The notes beneath the pieces were generated by a model. That model ran no database searches and was not told the DNA's origin. It saw nothing but the letters and a program-made list of their open reading frames with translations. A DNA stretch of 53,351 nucleotides, counting the filler, from Malassezia furfur (taxonomy: Eukaryota): assembly GCA_052055015.1 (NCBI GenBank). It is 2 parts of 2 records of this genome, joined end to end, with 100 filler letters (N's around TTAATTAATTAA, not from the genome) between each part and the next. Parts side by side here need not be neighbours in the genome. Positions count along the whole stretch, not along the records: positions 1 to 26,700 come from JBQJIT010000122.1; 1 more part is not named here. The stretch is one strand, 5' to 3'. This document shows positions 8,560-21,920 of the stretch, piece after piece; the first letter of the stretch is position 1, and every line of letters starts with the position of its first letter. The position numbers and the translations under genes are program-made.

Positions 8560-11500
8560 ATGCGCTGGGGGATCGGTGTGCTGAGCGCCGCGGCTGCGGT
8601 CGCGGCGTTCTGGGGCACACCCAAGCCAAAAGCCGAGCAGCAAGAGAGCCCGGTGAGCGTGCGCCTGCGGCACCCGTGGTACACGGGCGACGGACGCGCC
8701 GCGTACGTCGTCGAGATGCTCGAGGCCGCTGCGCACATCTGGCCGTCGGACGTCTTTGCGCTGGTTGAGCGCGTTGCGGCGCCCGACGGGCTGGCGCGCG
8801 TGGGCGACGTCAGCGAGGCGAGTGCCCAGGCGCTGTACGAGACGCTTGACGCAATCATCGGCGAGCACGCGCTCATTTCGGACGCCATCCCCGCACAGGA
8901 CGAATGGCGCGCAGCGGTTGCGATGCATTCGCAGGCCGCGCACGTCGCGTCCTACTACCAGCTCTTCCACACGAGCCGCGCACTGCAGGGCATTGATCTG
9001 GCGTGCCCGTACATCTACTTTGACCAGCGTGGCTACTGCAGCGCAGACGAGGCGCGCGCGGCGATCGAGCAGCGCCGCGGCGCCGCTGCGGTGAGCGCTT
9101 CGGGCGCGCCGCTGCCGAGCGACCACGTGTATGCGCCGCACACGTCCGTGGTGCATGCGCTGCCGACGGCCGTGCTGTACGCGGACCCGTTTGACCCCGA
9201 GCTTGCCGCGAAGCACACGTTGCTGATGCAGCTGGCGAACGATGCGCACGCGCCGATTCAGTACGTGCTGCGTTGGCGCCTGACGCCGCAGCGCCACGAC
9301 GACTCGATCGCGTACCTCTCTGGCTTTGGCGCCGCGCTGTACCTCAAAAAAGTTGACTACCTCGTGATCGACGACCGCAAAGTCGACGCGGCGCCGAATG
9401 CGACGCTCGATGCGGTGACGAAGGCGCTGCTCCAGCACGAGCGCGAGGCCTACCACACGCTGTCCTCGCAGCTGTACGCACCGGGCAAGGCGCCGCAGCA
9501 TGTGCAGGACGCCGTCGCGGCACAGAGCGCACTCAGCGAAGACGACCGTGCGCGGCTCGGCATCGGCGCCGCGCATGCGGTGCTTACCGCGACCGACCCG
9601 CTCGGGACGCTGATTGAAATGACGCACAACTTCCCCGCGCACGCTGCGGGCGTCGCAAAGTATGCGGCGCGCCTGCCTGCGGACCACACGGTGACCAAGG
9701 CCCTCGAGGAGCTGCAGGCGCGCGTGGTCGACGGGGGGATGTCGATGGCGTGGATGAACGGCAAGGCGCTCCCGCTGAACGAGTATGCGCCACTCGATGT
9801 GCTGGAGCGCGTGCGCCGCGAGCGTGAGCTCCTGACGCAGTTTTCCGCGCCCGAGATCGGCATCGATGCGCAGAATGCGCTGCTGATGCTCACCAACGCG
9901 CAGGTGAATGCGGCCTTCTTGCCCGGCGTGCCGTCGGCGGCGCGCTACGACGCGAGTGACCGGCTCGAGCAGGCCGCGCACCACGCGCCTGTGATTGCGT
10001 GGCGCAACGACTTGGCCGTCGACGGCGCTGAACGCTGGTCGACGAACCTGCGCGTGCTGCTGCAGCCGCGGTGGCCGGGGCAGCCCGTGTCGCTCGCGCA
10101 CAACCTGTTCCACCTGGTCGTGGTGGTGAACGTGACGGATGCCAGCGCGGTGAACCTGTGTGCGCAGATCGTTGCGTCGGGGCTGGAGGCGTACGGTCTG
10201 CACCTCGGCATCGTGCCGCTGCTCGATGCCTCGCCGAAGACCGAGGCGATGGCCGAGGTGCTGTGGCACGCGATGGACGCACTCTCCAACGACGACCTCA
10301 TTTCGTTCCTGCCCGAGTTTGCGGATGCGCCCGACGCGGCCGCCGCGCGCCGCGTCCTTGCGCCGTTCGTGCGCGACCAGCCGGCGAGCGCCGCCCAGGC
10401 GTTTGTCAAGAAGGGCGCACGGACGCCGGCGATGGAGGCGCGTATCGCCGCGACGCGCGCCTACCTGCAGCGCCTCGGCGTGCCGCTCGGCGGCGCCGGC
10501 GCCGCGTTCCTCAACGGCCAAGAGGTGTCGTACAGCGACGCGGTGCTCCAAGAGGCCATGGGCGTGCAGATGTCCCAGACGCGCCTCGCCGCCACCGACA
10601 TCCAAGCAGGGCGCATCGCCGACGACGCCGTGCCGACCTACTTCTACGACCTGCCCGACACGCGGCGCACGCGCTCGCGGCTCGTGTCGCGCCTCGCCGG
10701 CACGGAGCCCGCGTCGTTCGTCAACCTGCCCGACGTCGTTACGCAGCTCACCACCACCGCCGCCGCGCCGCACCTCGGCGTGCTGCGCGACTTTGTGTAC
10801 CACGACGAGCGCCCCGTGAATGTGTCGGTGCGCGTCGTGGCGGACGTCGATGCGCCCGAGGGCCGCGCGCTCGCCATGCACGCGCTCGATGCGCTGCAGC
10901 ACACGCCGTTCCGCGTGAGCTTTGTGCACGTGCCGAGCGCTGCATCGTCCGGCCGCGTGTCGCGCTTTTTGTACGCGGCCCAGACCAAAGGGGTGCTCAG
11001 CACGCTGGCGCCCGCGAAGCTGCGCGCCGCGCTGGCGGACGACACGCTCGACGCGCTCGCGCGCTCGCTTGCGCTCGACGTCGGCGCACACGCCGACGCC
11101 GCCGACGCGTTCTGGGCGACGGCGGCGGTGCCGTTTGCGGCGGCAGTGCGCGGCAGCGGTGTGCTGCTCAACGGCCGCGTGCTTGATGCGCTGGACGTGG
11201 ACGCGATGCACGCCGACGAGTTTGCGGCGATCGTCGACTGGGAGCAGCAGCAGCACGTCGCGCCGCTCCTCGACACGCTCGACATTGACGACGACGAGCG
11301 CGGCATGGCCGCCCAGGCGCTCGAGTTCGTCACGGCGCTGCTCGGCACGGCGTTCTCGGTGCCGAAGGGCGAAGAGGGCGTGTACGTGTCGCGCCCACCG
11401 ACGCGCATGGCGCTCGGCCCGTCGCTCGAGCAGTCCGCCGCGGCGTTCAGCGCCGGCGCCGCCGACGCCGACATCCACGTGGCGCTCATCCTCGACCCGC

Positions 11501-13216
11501 TGAGCGACCAGGCGCCGGGGCTCGCGGCGACGACACGCATGCTCACGGGGCTCGACGGCGTGCGCGTGACGGTGATCCTGAACCCGCGCATGCGCGAGAC
11601 GCGGCTGCCGTTGCAGCAGTTTACGCAGTACGACGCGCGTCTCCGCCCGCTGTTCGGCGACGCGGGGCGCGAGCAGCCGCCCGGCGTGGCATTTGCGCTG
11701 CTCCCGCCGCAGGCCGTGCTTACGATGCAGCTGCTCGCGCCGCGCACGCTCGTGGCGATGGCCGCCGAGGCCGTGTACGACCTGGACAACATCCGCCTCG
11801 CCGACCTGGCGCCGGCCGCGCGCGGCACCGGCGTCGAGGCCGTGTACGCGGTGCAGAGCGTGCTCGTCGAGGGCCACGTACGCAGCGACGACGGCGGCGT
11901 GCCGAGCGGCCTGCAGCTCCTGCTCACGACCGACGACGAGCGCGAGGTGCTCGACACGATCGTCATGGAAAACATGGGCTACTTCCAGTTCCGTGCGCAG
12001 CCCGGCGCGTGGCGCCTGGCCATCCGCCCCGGGCGGAGCGCGGACGTGTACGCGCTCGAGAGTGCGGGCGCCGCGGGATGGTCGAGCGCGCCGGTGGCGT
12101 CGGCGGGCAGTGCGCTCGTCGTCACGTCGCTGCTCGGCAAGCCGCTGTACCCCGTCGTGACCAAGCGCCCCGGGATGGAGTCGGCCGACCTGATCGCCGA
12201 GATGGACGCTCCGATCCCGACCGACGTCGCGACGTCGCGCCGCGGCGGGCACGCGGACATCAACGTGTTTACGCTCGCGAGCGGCCACCTGTACGAGCGC
12301 ATGACCTACATCATGATCCTCTCTGTGCTCGAGCACACGCAGCACTCGGTCAAATTCTGGTTCGTGGAAAACTTCCTCTCGCCGTCGTTCAAGGCGTTCA
12401 TCCCGCACCTCGCGGCCGCGTACGGTTTCCGCTACGAGATGATCACCTTTGCCTGGCCGCAGTGGCTGCGCGCCCAGACGGAGAAGCAGCGCACCATCTG
12501 GGCGTACAAGATTCTGTTCCTCGACGTGCTCTTCCCGCTCGACCTCGACCGCGTCATCTTTGTGGACGCGGACCAGATTGTGCGCGCGGATCTGTACGAG
12601 CTCGTGGAGATGGACTTGCACGGCGGTACGTGTGGACGACTCACCCAGCGCCGTATGGCTACCCCCCGATGGGCGACGACAGCGAGGACATGGACGGCTT
12701 CCGCTTCTGGAAGCAGGGCTACTGGCGCAGCTTTCTGCGTGGCCGGACGTACCACATCTCGGCGCTGTACGTCGTCGACCTGCACCGCTTCCGGGCGGTG
12801 GCCGCCGGTGACATCCTGCGGCGGCACTACCAGCGCCTCACGGCCGACAAAAACTCGCTCGCGAACCTCGACCAGGACCTGCCGAACCACTGTACGTCAC
12901 ACACACTCACCCAGTGCAACACGTCCTGCCCATCTACACTCTCGACCAGACCTGGCTGTGGTGCGAGACGTGGTGCTCGCACGACTGGCTGCCGCAGGCC
13001 AAGACCATCGACCTGTGCAGCAACCCCAAAACCAAGGAGCCCAAGCTCGACCGCGCGCGCCGCCAGATCCCTGAGTGGAACGTACTGGACGCGCAGGTCG
13101 CCGCGCTGGCCGCACGCGTCGCCCAGAACGCGAGTGCCGCGTCGGCTGCGGGCGCCGTGCCGACCGCCACCGATGCGGCCGAGCCTGCTGCGGAAACGGT
13201 GCACGACGAGCTGTAG
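8560..13216 (+). CDS. UGGT: UDP-glucose:glycoprotein glucosyltransferase (UGGT/Kre5, GT24)
   Basis: Signal-like N-terminus [16 protein letters not shown]. Motifs [70 protein letters not shown] and IDLCSNP, with C-terminal HDEL. Two 23-nt introns (12626-12648, 12892-12914) join the three frames. Confidence 0.96.
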
Positions 13217-13246
13217 GCTATGGTGCTATCACTGCTCCGTAGGGTA

Positions 13247-15121
13247 TCAAGACATTTCCATACACGCCGGCGGCGCATCGGCCTCGCGCGCCGCCGCCTC
13301 GACCGCGTCGGTCCGCTGGCGATATACGCGATGCAGCACGACAGGCAGCGCACTGGCGGCGCTCAGCAGCAGCAGCTTCACCATCATGTCCACGGTCCAG
13401 ATCCGCGCGAGCAGCACACTCATGACGCCGCTTGCAAGCAGCGACTCGGCGGCCCCCGTCGCCTGCGTCGACGCCTCAAGTGGGCTCGCGGCCATGGCCT
13501 GCGCCGCGACGCTGTGGCTGCGCTCCGCCTGGATCGCCGAGACGACGTCCTGCAGGATCTCGCCGATCTGCGCAGTGCAAAAGTTCCACGGGATGCTCCC
13601 GATTCCGAGCGTCACGGCATACGGAAGGAGCGGCACGCGCAGCACACCGCACGCAATGTTCATCATGCCGTACGGCACGATGGGCAGCAGGCGCAAAAAG
13701 AGGAGATAGTTCCACAGGTTGCGTGGCGCGCCGCCGGCCTCTGCACGCGCCTCGGACGGCGTCGGCGGCCGGTCGTGCCGCGGCCGGGACGCGGGCTCTT
13801 CGTCAATCGCCAGCGCGCGGCGCATCGCATGCAATGGCTTGGCGAGGCCCGGGACGTGTGCGACGACCTCGCCAAACGGCATCGCGAGCAGGTAGCACAA
13901 CACGCCGCCAAACGACGTGAGGAGCGATGCAAAGAACGAGCCGGCATAGGCGCCGTACATCGCGCCAAACACAATGTTGGTGATCAGGCTGCCCGGCACA
14001 CAGAACGCCTGCTTCCACGTGAAGAAGAGCGACAAGACGACCCACACGTGCCACATGGCGAACGTGCTGCTCTGTGCGTAGGTCTGCAGGTTTGCACACA
14101 TGTCGCGCACCTCGGTGAGCGTCAGCTGGGCCAGGTGCGTCGGCAGGTGCAGCGGCAACGTCCGCAGGCACGCGCCGAGCACCGCGGTGGCCATCACAAA
14201 CGTCGCACCGAGCAGCACGAGCTTCCACGCATGCGGCGCGAGCGGCGCAAGCCACTGCGACCGTGTGCGTGGCTCGACGTCGGCGCGCCCCGCCGCCGAT
14301 GGCCACAGCCGCTGCATTCCTGCGCGGCATGCCTGGGTCACCGTCGCGGACAGCGACAGGCCGCGCTGGGCCGCCAGCTTATTCTCGTCATCGACGCGCG
14401 ACCACGAGAGCGACCGCACACAGGACAGACTGCTCGGCGTCGACACGCGCTCGTTCAGCACCGGGAATGGCAATGGCTCTGCAACACGCGGAGTCGTCCA
14501 CGACTCGAGCGGCGGGGGCGAGAAGGGTTTCTCGATGGATGCCGCATCGGCGGCCGCCTGCGCGGCGCTCCACGCATGCCGTGGCGCAACGTAGTGCATT
14601 CGGTCGGCACTTGCGATCGACGCCGAGTCGTTGGCGGCACTGTCGGCCCCTGTTTCCGAATCCGCCTCCTCGTCCAGCACGGGCGAGAGCGGGGGACTGT
14701 CGGTATTGAGCATCGGAATCGCCGCGCGGCGCGCCTCGGGTATCACGAGACGCGTCGGGCGTGTGAGCGGGCGCTCCACGGCGTCTGCGGCGTTCGTCGA
14801 GGACCCCGGCGTGACTTTGTGCAAAAACGTCCGGAGCCCCGCGAAGCGGGGGGTATCTTGCTCCGACACCGGCGACGAGAGCTGCTGATTCCATGTACTG
14901 CGTACGTGGCCGCGCCAGGAGGGGGAAAGGGTGACATCGGGTGTGCCGGGCTTGGGCTCGTGCTGCACACGCCGGTCGAGCCGCATAAAGGACCGCAGCG
15001 AAGCGCTGCTCTCCGTGGTGTGCGTCGGCGGCGAGGACGGCGCCGATGACGTGGAGGGCCGCCGTGCCTTGTTGTACCATTTCTGGCGCGGCCCCGTGGA
15101 CTGCATCCGTGGCTCGTCCAT
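13247..15121 (-). CDS. TVP38: TVP38/TMEM64/TMEM41-type VTT (DedA/SNARE-associated) Golgi membrane protein with long disordered N-terminus
   Basis: [46 protein letters not shown] and TLGIGSIPW. Confidence 0.85.
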   Translation of the reverse strand: MDEPRMQSTGPRQKWYNKARRPSTSSAPSSPPTHTTESSASLRSFMRLDRRVQHEPKPGTPDVTLSPSWRGHVRSTWNQQLSSPVSEQDTPRFAGLRTFLHKVTPGSSTNAADAVERPLTRPTRLVIPEARRAAIPMLNTDSPPLSPVLDEEADSETGADSAANDSASIASADRMHYVAPRHAWSAAQAAADAASIEKPFSPPPLESWTTPRVAEPLPFPVLNERVSTPSSLSCVRSLSWSRVDDENKLAAQRGLSLSATVTQACRAGMQRLWPSAAGRADVEPRTRSQWLAPLAPHAWKLVLLGATFVMATAVLGACLRTLPLHLPTHLAQLTLTEVRDMCANLQTYAQSSTFAMWHVWVVLSLFFTWKQAFCVPGSLITNIVFGAMYGAYAGSFFASLLTSFGGVLCYLLAMPFGEVVAHVPGLAKPLHAMRRALAIDEEPASRPRHDRPPTPSEARAEAGGAPRNLWNYLLFLRLLPIVPYGMMNIACGVLRVPLLPYAVTLGIGSIPWNFCTAQIGEILQDVVSAIQAERSHSVAAQAMAASPLEASTQATGAAESLLASGVMSVLLARIWTVDMMVKLLLLSAASALPVVLHRVYRQRTDAVEAAAREADAPPACMEMS

Positions 15122-15299
15122 TGTGCACGGACTCTCTGCGCACCGGATGGAGTTGCGCGCAGACTACCGTGACGTCCGAATTTTTTTTCCCTGGTGCGTG
15201 GGCCCGTTCGCTGCGCCGGCACGTGGGAGGTCGACCGGCCGTAGGGGGGCTGTTGCCCGCGGCCACCGCCTCGCTGACTCAGCGCCTCGTGCACAGACA

Positions 15300-16492
15300 A
15301 TGCTACGACGGCTCGCGTGCGCGCTTGGCATGCCGAGAGGGGCGTGTGGCGCAGTGCGCTATTTGTCGTCGGGTCCGGCGCGCACTTCGGTCGCGACGCT
15401 ACCGCGGCGCACCGTGCTGGAGCTCGAGGGCCGCGACACGTTCAAGTTTCTCCAGGGCGCCATCACCAACAATGTCCAGCGGCTCGAAGAGGAACGGCGC
15501 GCAGGCGACGTCGCGCGCGACGTGTTCTATGCCGCATTCCTCAACCCGCAGGGGCGCATGGTTGCCGATGCCCTCTTGTATCACATGGTGCAAGCCAAGG
15601 ACCCTTCGGTGCTGATCGAGGTCGACTCGCAGATCCAAGGCGAGCTGGTCAAATTTCTCAAGCGCTTCAAACTCCGGTCCAAGTTTCGCATCACGGACGT
15701 CTCGGACGCATGGGATGTTCGGCAGGTGTGGGGACCGGGTGCTGAAGCGCTCATAGGTAACACACCCACCGACGACCCCCGCACCGTGGCCGTCCGCGAC
15801 GTGCGCGCACCGTCCATGGGCTGGCGTGTGCTGAGCCCTGCGGGCGAGACACGTACGTGGCCGACTCTCACACAGCCTCGTTCCTGGCATCGGCCGACCA
15901 GGTGACGCACGAAGAATACACCGTGCATCGCATGCTCTCGGGTGTGCCCGAGGGCGCCGACGAACTGGCCAGCGGCGCTAGTCTGCCGCTCGAGTGCTGT
16001 GTCGATTACATGAACGGAGGTACGTCGCGAGACTAACTCCAGTCGATTTCCACAAGGGCTGCTATATTGGCCAGGAGCTCACAGCCCGCACGCATTTCAC
16101 CGGGCTCATTCGCAAGCGGGTCATGCCCGTACTGCTGACGCGTCCTGACGAACCGTACGTTTCGCTTGGCCTGACCCAGCGCGCCGCAGCCGCCACAAGT
16201 CGATCCTGCTCGCATCACCGAGCTCCCCGCCCGTGGCGCAGATGTGCGGCTGACCTCCGCCAACCAGGCCGACACTGGCGGCAGGCCACGCCGCGCACGG
16301 TCCGCCGGCAAATTCCTGGGCGGTGTCCAGAACGTGGGTCTCGCTCTGCTCCGCCTCGAACAGGTGGCACAGACGCAAAGCGGCCCTTCCGCGCCTCAGC
16401 TACTGATCGAATGCGCGGACGGTGCCACCGCCCAGCTGCATGCATGGCGGCCAGAGTGGTGGCCTGCAGACACCGACGGCCACAGCGAATGA
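15300..16492 (+). CDS. IBA57: Mitochondrial Fe-S assembly factor Iba57/Caf17 (YgfZ family)
   Basis: Presequence-like start, [22 protein letters not shown], and [19 protein letters not shown] after splicing introns 15853-15875 (23 nt), 16020-16042 (23 nt) and 16155-16179 (25 nt). Confidence 0.93.
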
Positions 16493-16593
16493 GCGCGCAC
16501 CATATACCAAGCCTTGGCATCCCATAGCGCGTCCTCCACACGTGGCCAATTTTTCCCAAGGCACCGCGCCCTGTCCAGCCTTCACGAGATCTC

Positions 16594-18587
16594 ATGAACC
16601 CGGCAGCGCGCGAGGCGCCCTATGCGCCGATGCCAAGAGCGTCCGGCGAAGAGGTCGGCGTATGGCGCGATGTCGAGGGGTTCGAAGACCCCAACATCGC
16701 TGAGACGTCGTATGCGCCTCAGGACGCGCATCACGACAGCAGCGCGCACCCCTCACTCCATGCCGTCTTCAATGCGGTCCATGCGCGCTCCAAGAAGCGC
16801 GAAGGTGAGCACAAACACCTGACAGAGCACGGATTCGATGTGCCTGTGAAGGTGGCCCACCTGTTCAAGCGACCCGTCGTCCGGCAATGGCTATTCAAGG
16901 GCAATCTGTTCCGCGAGCAAGACGAGCGCATTCCGTCGCGGTTCGAGCTCTTCTTTGACCTGATGTTCGTCGGCATCGCCCACGTCGTTGCCGAGGGAGC
17001 TGCTGAAGATTACTCGGGCTTTAACGTGCTCAAATTCGTGATGGAATTTTTCCCTGCCTGGTCGGTGTGGTTTGACGTACGGACGTTCCTGAACGTGCAC
17101 GGCACTGACGACATCACCGAGCGCCTTGGCCTTCTTGGTGTCATGGTCCTACTTTCCGGCTACTCGGCGAACGCAGCGGCTCTGGAAATTTTCCACTGCG
17201 GACCGCCTCGGGAAGTGCTTGCGCGAGGTGGCCAATGCGCCGAAACGAGCGAAGCGCTGGCCAAGCGGGCGGCCGGCGAGAGTGTGAGCGATCGCATCGC
17301 CGAATACTACATTGGGGCAGGGTACTGGTTTGGAGAAGACTATCAAAGACTGATCCGCTCGGCCGTTGCATTCTACCTCATCTGGCGTTTGTTCCGGACG
17401 CTATTGTACGTTTACTATGGGTTTGCACTGCCCAAATTCCGCTCTGCCATGTGGACCAATGCCGTGGTCAAAGTGGTAACATCCGTCTTTTACTTTCCCA
17501 TCCTTGCGCTATGGGATCCTGGCATGATTGTTGGACTGATGTTCGCCGGTATGGCCGCCGAAACGCTCAATGGGTTTTTGGCCTTGGGACTATTATGGTT
17601 TCAGAACGAGATCCGTATACGGAGGGACAAGGAGCCACTGTATATCCCTGCATTATCCCAAGAGCATGCCATTGAGCGCATTGTCCTTTTCGTCCTGGTT
17701 GTTGTCGGTGAAATGATCATTAGCTCGACCTACGTTGCGACGGAACATACGTATGGCGCCTCGCAGCGGTTCGGGCGGTCGGCGCTGGCGATCATCTGCT
17801 CGTTCATGCTGATCTGGTTGTATTATGACGCGGACAGTTCGCGCACCTACCAGCATGCACTTCGGCGCAATGCACTCACTTCGCTTTTGTTCAATGTGAT
17901 CCATTTCCCCCTTTCTGCCGCCCTGATCCTTGCCGGTGCCTCGCTGTCAGAGCTGATCAAAGGCAAGGAAGAAGATGGCGGCCTGTTGTGGTACTTTAGC
18001 GGGAGCTGCGGCACAGTGCTTCTCTGCATCACCCTGCTGGGTCTACTCCACCGCAACTTGGACCGCAAAAACAGCACACTGCTGCCGCGCTGGATACGAC
18101 TCGGCGCACGCATTGTCGTGGGTGTACTAATTACATTACTCCCCATCATGCGCGATACCTGGCTTACACATGAATTCCTGGCGGTTTGTGCTGGGATGCT
18201 GGCCTCGCTGGTTATATTCGAGACCGTCTCCAAGGTCGGCGCGGTGGGCCGCCGCTTTGACGAAAAAATGCGGCGCTTGTGCGCCGTGCCAAGCTCACAA
18301 CCCTGTCGAGGCGCAACCCTGCGGAAATGCGCGCGATGAAGGAGGCCCGTGCACAGCTGCGCGCCATGGGCGTCGTGGAAAGCCCACCGCTACCCCACGT
18401 GGAGAAACCGACGCCCGAAGACGAACCGCTGCGTCCCCTGCGGTTGCGCCGCACCCTCTCTTGGCACCCCTACGACGGGTTGACCCTTGGCGAAACGGGC
18501 GAGGAAGATGTGGGGATGGAGGGCGAACTAGGCCACCTGGAGATGAAGGAGCTAAGTACCGGCCAGAGTTGGGCCTTCGCTGCATAA
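16594..18587 (+). CDS. LtrA (low temperature requirement A) family multi-pass membrane protein; apparent 1-nt frameshift near 18263-18268
   Basis: FELFFDLMFVG, ERIVLFVLVVVGE and WLYYD motifs with many TM helices. The ORF runs to 18339, but a plausible C-terminus continues in another frame to 18587. Confidence 0.8.
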
Positions 18588-18599
18588 TGTGTATATAAA

Positions 18600-20947
18600 T
18601 CAATGCTGGCGTGCCCGATCAACCATACGTCCATCCGCGAGCGCGATTACCACGGCGAGATTGTCGGGTGCCGAGTGCGCGTCCTCCTTGACTGCCTTGG
18701 TGTCCACTTCGGCGTTGTTGCCGTCTAGTTGGTTCGTGTATTTCTGCGACGCCGTATCATGCATCGAGTGATGTTCGTTTCCAGCCACAAACAGGGCTTC
18801 GCGAATACCGGCAAAACTGTTATCAATGACGAGAGGCGTTGCACCGTTCGTGTTGGGCCCGTCTAGCCCATGGCACAGGTCGTATGCACGCTGCACGGCC
18901 GTGTCTGTCTTGGCAGACAGGTGTTTGGAGGCGCTCATCGAGTCGGCGCTTGTGTCTGCCGACAAAGCACCTTCGGACGTGTGAGACGAATCTGCAGCAC
19001 CGTTCATGCGCTCGCGAAGTTGTTTCCAGCGGTAGATATAAGAGGCACCGAGCAGGTACTTGCGCACGATGGTCGACATCAGCTCACCGGCCTCAAAGTC
19101 AACGACAAAGTCGCCATCCAGCAGGGTAGTGTATCCATCGTTGCCGTTGGCAAGGTAGCCACGCGTGACGACATTGTACTTCTTGTCCAGCTGCAGAGGC
19201 TCTTTGATACCTGCAGGTATGCGGTGAATAGTTACCACGTCGTCGTCCGCCTCGCCAGACGACACAAGCTTAAACTCGTTGCGGATCTTCATTTTTAACT
19301 TCTCGCTCGAGGAAAACTTGCCGTCGAACGGCAGGCGCAAAAAGTCGACACTCACGACGCGGTGGAAGGGCTCCTTGGACGAGTCCCAGACAACGCGCAT
19401 GCCGGAGATCTGTGGGAAGCGCCCTTCTTGCTTAGGGTACTGGCTAAATCCGTTCTCGAGCGCATCCCACAGCTGCTGGCCCGTAAGTTGCTTCACCACG
19501 ATCGGATCCTCGAACGGCATGATTTCGAGGATGTTGCTCAGCGTGATTTCACCGGGCCCAAACACGGAATCGCTGCGCAGCGAACCGCCGCAAATCAAGC
19601 AGCAGTCGGCTACACGTTCGCCTGCGCCCATCGTCTTGTTGCTCTTTTTTTGCATGCGTAGCATCGTCTCGATCGAGATGAGCAGGATATCAGAGACAAA
19701 GTCGCCCAGTGGTGACTCCTCCATGCGTACGTTGCTTGCACGGGCGTCCCACGGAGTCAGTGTATAGGCCACAGGCTGTCCTACCGACTTGGACACGTGG
19801 TCCATGAGGTTGTCCAGCATCTTTTTGAGCTCGGGCTGCGTCGGATCGTCGGGGTGGATGGTGTGCCGCTTGACTGCGTTAGGGCACGCACGTACCTCTA
19901 AGGCCGGTAATGGTACGGCGCCGCACGGAGTTTTGCGGCGCCGACAGGGTAAGTTCGACCTCGCTCAGGTCGTGGAAGTCGGTCCCGCTCTTGATTATAT
20001 ACGTGTTCTTGTCATTTTCGATACCTGGCATGTCCATGCAGAAGTCGTCGCCCTCGTACGTATCCACGCCGCGGCTCACGTAGTAAAAATGGTCGTGGCC
20101 GCCAAGCACCAAGTCCACACCTTGCTCGTTCGCGTCTGTATTTTTTACTGCGCCGAGTTCGTTGGCGATCAGAATATCATTTGGAATGCGGCAATGCGTC
20201 GCAGCAATGATTATCTCGCACTGCTCACTGCCCTCGCGCAGCTCCTTGGACAGTTTACGGGCCACTTCAACCATGGACCGATACTCGAAGTGCGCTGGGA
20301 AGCCTGGCACTGTTTCCAGCCACTCTCTACATCAGCATTTAGTGACATACTCCTCGACCAGCCCAATGATGCCCACCTTGACGCCCTTGACCGTCATGGT
20401 AATGTACGGCAAGGTGCCCTCGATCTGCTTGTCCCGTGCGTCGAGTTGGTCCGAGCGCGGCTCGCCCGACGGGCGCCATGACGCATCCACCACATTCGCA
20501 AAGAGCCACGGGAAGTTGTTTTGTCCCATGAGCGTGTAGAGATGCGGATATCCAAAGTCCCAGTCATGGCTGCGTGAGGCGTCGGCACTTACTTTCCCAG
20601 ACACGCGGCGTCGACCTGCATAGCATTGACCACGGGCACCATATGCGCACCGCGTGTGATACTGCTTTCGACACTTGGATTGAATAGGTCCCCAGAAAAG
20701 ATACAGAGCCCATTCCGGTCGCGCTTCTGGTGCTCCTCCCACTCAAAGGGGGGATTGGGCACCGTGCGCTGGCACTCTTGTCCCTTTTCGTGCCACGTTT
20801 TGCGAATCTCATTGATTTTCGCCGCGAATTGGTCGGCGCCCAGCTCATGATCCGACTCGCGCACTTTTTGCCGCACGCGATATACGCTGTTGTTAGCGTA
20901 ATCGCCTACTCGTTGAAGTGCAGCACTGGGATCTGCACGCTCGTCAT
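18600..20947 (-). CDS. 5'-nucleotidase family (calcineurin-like metallophosphoesterase plus 5'-NT C domain)
   Basis: Spliced motifs LHFNDVY, FSGDLFNPS, CLGNHDWDFG, DLVLGGHDH, KSGTDF, GGSLRSD, GRFPQISG and YLANGNDGY. Introns 20887-20909 (23), 20570-20592 (23), 20327-20350 (24) and 19874-19895 (22). Confidence 0.92.
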
Positions 20948-21029
20948 GGTGTCCGGCAGGTCTGTGCACGGTCACGTGAGGCTGCCCGTGTCCGCGCACC
21001 GCGTCCGCGTTTCGCCCCGCACCCACCAC

Positions 21030-21894
21030 ATGCTCCTGAATCGCGTGTTTGTAGCAAGCGCGTTGCGCTCTGTGTTTGCGCGCCCGCCCCCTGTGGTGGC
21101 GCTGCGCGCGCCCTTGACTACGTCTGTTCCCCTGCAGCTGGCCAAGTCTGCCGAGAAGCCCAAGGCCAAGACCAAGCGCGCGACAAAGTCGGCGAGCAAG
21201 CCGCAGGCCAAGGCGGAGAAGCCCAAGAAGAAGGCGAAGCCCGCCAAGAAGGACAAGCCGTGGGAGGCGCGCGATGCTAACGGCAAACTAAGTACGTTAT
21301 CGATCTTACCCAGTTCCCCTGCCGATGGAGTCCAAGCCGACGCGTCGCTCGTCGTTCTTGATCTATTTCACCGAGCGGCTCCCCCAGCTGAAGAACAAGG
21401 AGGAGTTCCGGAAGGTGAGCCCCTCGACGGGGAAGAGTGTCGTGGACGTCACTGCGGTTACGTCGGCGGTCGGCAAGGAATGGAAGACGCTCCCGGATGC
21501 AGAGCGCCAGCGTATTGACAAGCTTGCCGCGCATGCCAAGGAGCAGTACGAAAAGGACCTCAAGGCGTGGCAGGACAAGCTGACGCCCGAAGACATTCGC
21601 CGCCAGAACCTGTACTATGCACACCAGCGCAAGCTGGGCAAGCACATGCCGAGCAACCTTAAGGACCCTTCGGCGCCGAAGCGTCCGCAGGGCGCCTTCC
21701 TCTTTTTCGTGCAACACCTGCGCGAGACGGAGCCGAGCGGCGAGCCCGTGCACGTCATTGCGAAGCGGGCGGGTGAGCGCTGGAAGACGATGGATGCTCG
21801 CGAGAAGCACCCCTTCGAGACCAAGGCCCAGGGTGAGCACGAGCTGTATCAGCAAGCACTGGAAAAGTATAAGAAAGCTACGAGCCATGCCTAA
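21030..21894 (+). CDS. Mitochondrial tandem HMG-box protein (Abf2/TFAM-like)
   Basis: Presequence-like MLLNRVFVASALRSVFAR, a Lys-rich linker, and two HMG boxes (KPTRRSSFLIYF...WKTL; PKRPQGAFLFF...GERWKTM). One 22-nt intron, 21292-21313. Confidence 0.85.
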
Positions 21895-21920
21895 TAGTTT
21901 ATAAGCAGAGCAACGGGAGC

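Noticed and set aside
7867..12621. 1584-aa minus-strand ORF overlapping UGGT
   Set aside because: Antisense shadow of a GC3-saturated gene (Arg/Val/His-rich nonsense). Only the last part, from ATG 8526, is real (TLG1).
16594..18587. LtrA-family gene as recent bacterial HGT
   Set aside because: LtrA-like proteins occur widely in fungi, and this one has eukaryote-like terminal extensions. No evidence without a phylogeny.
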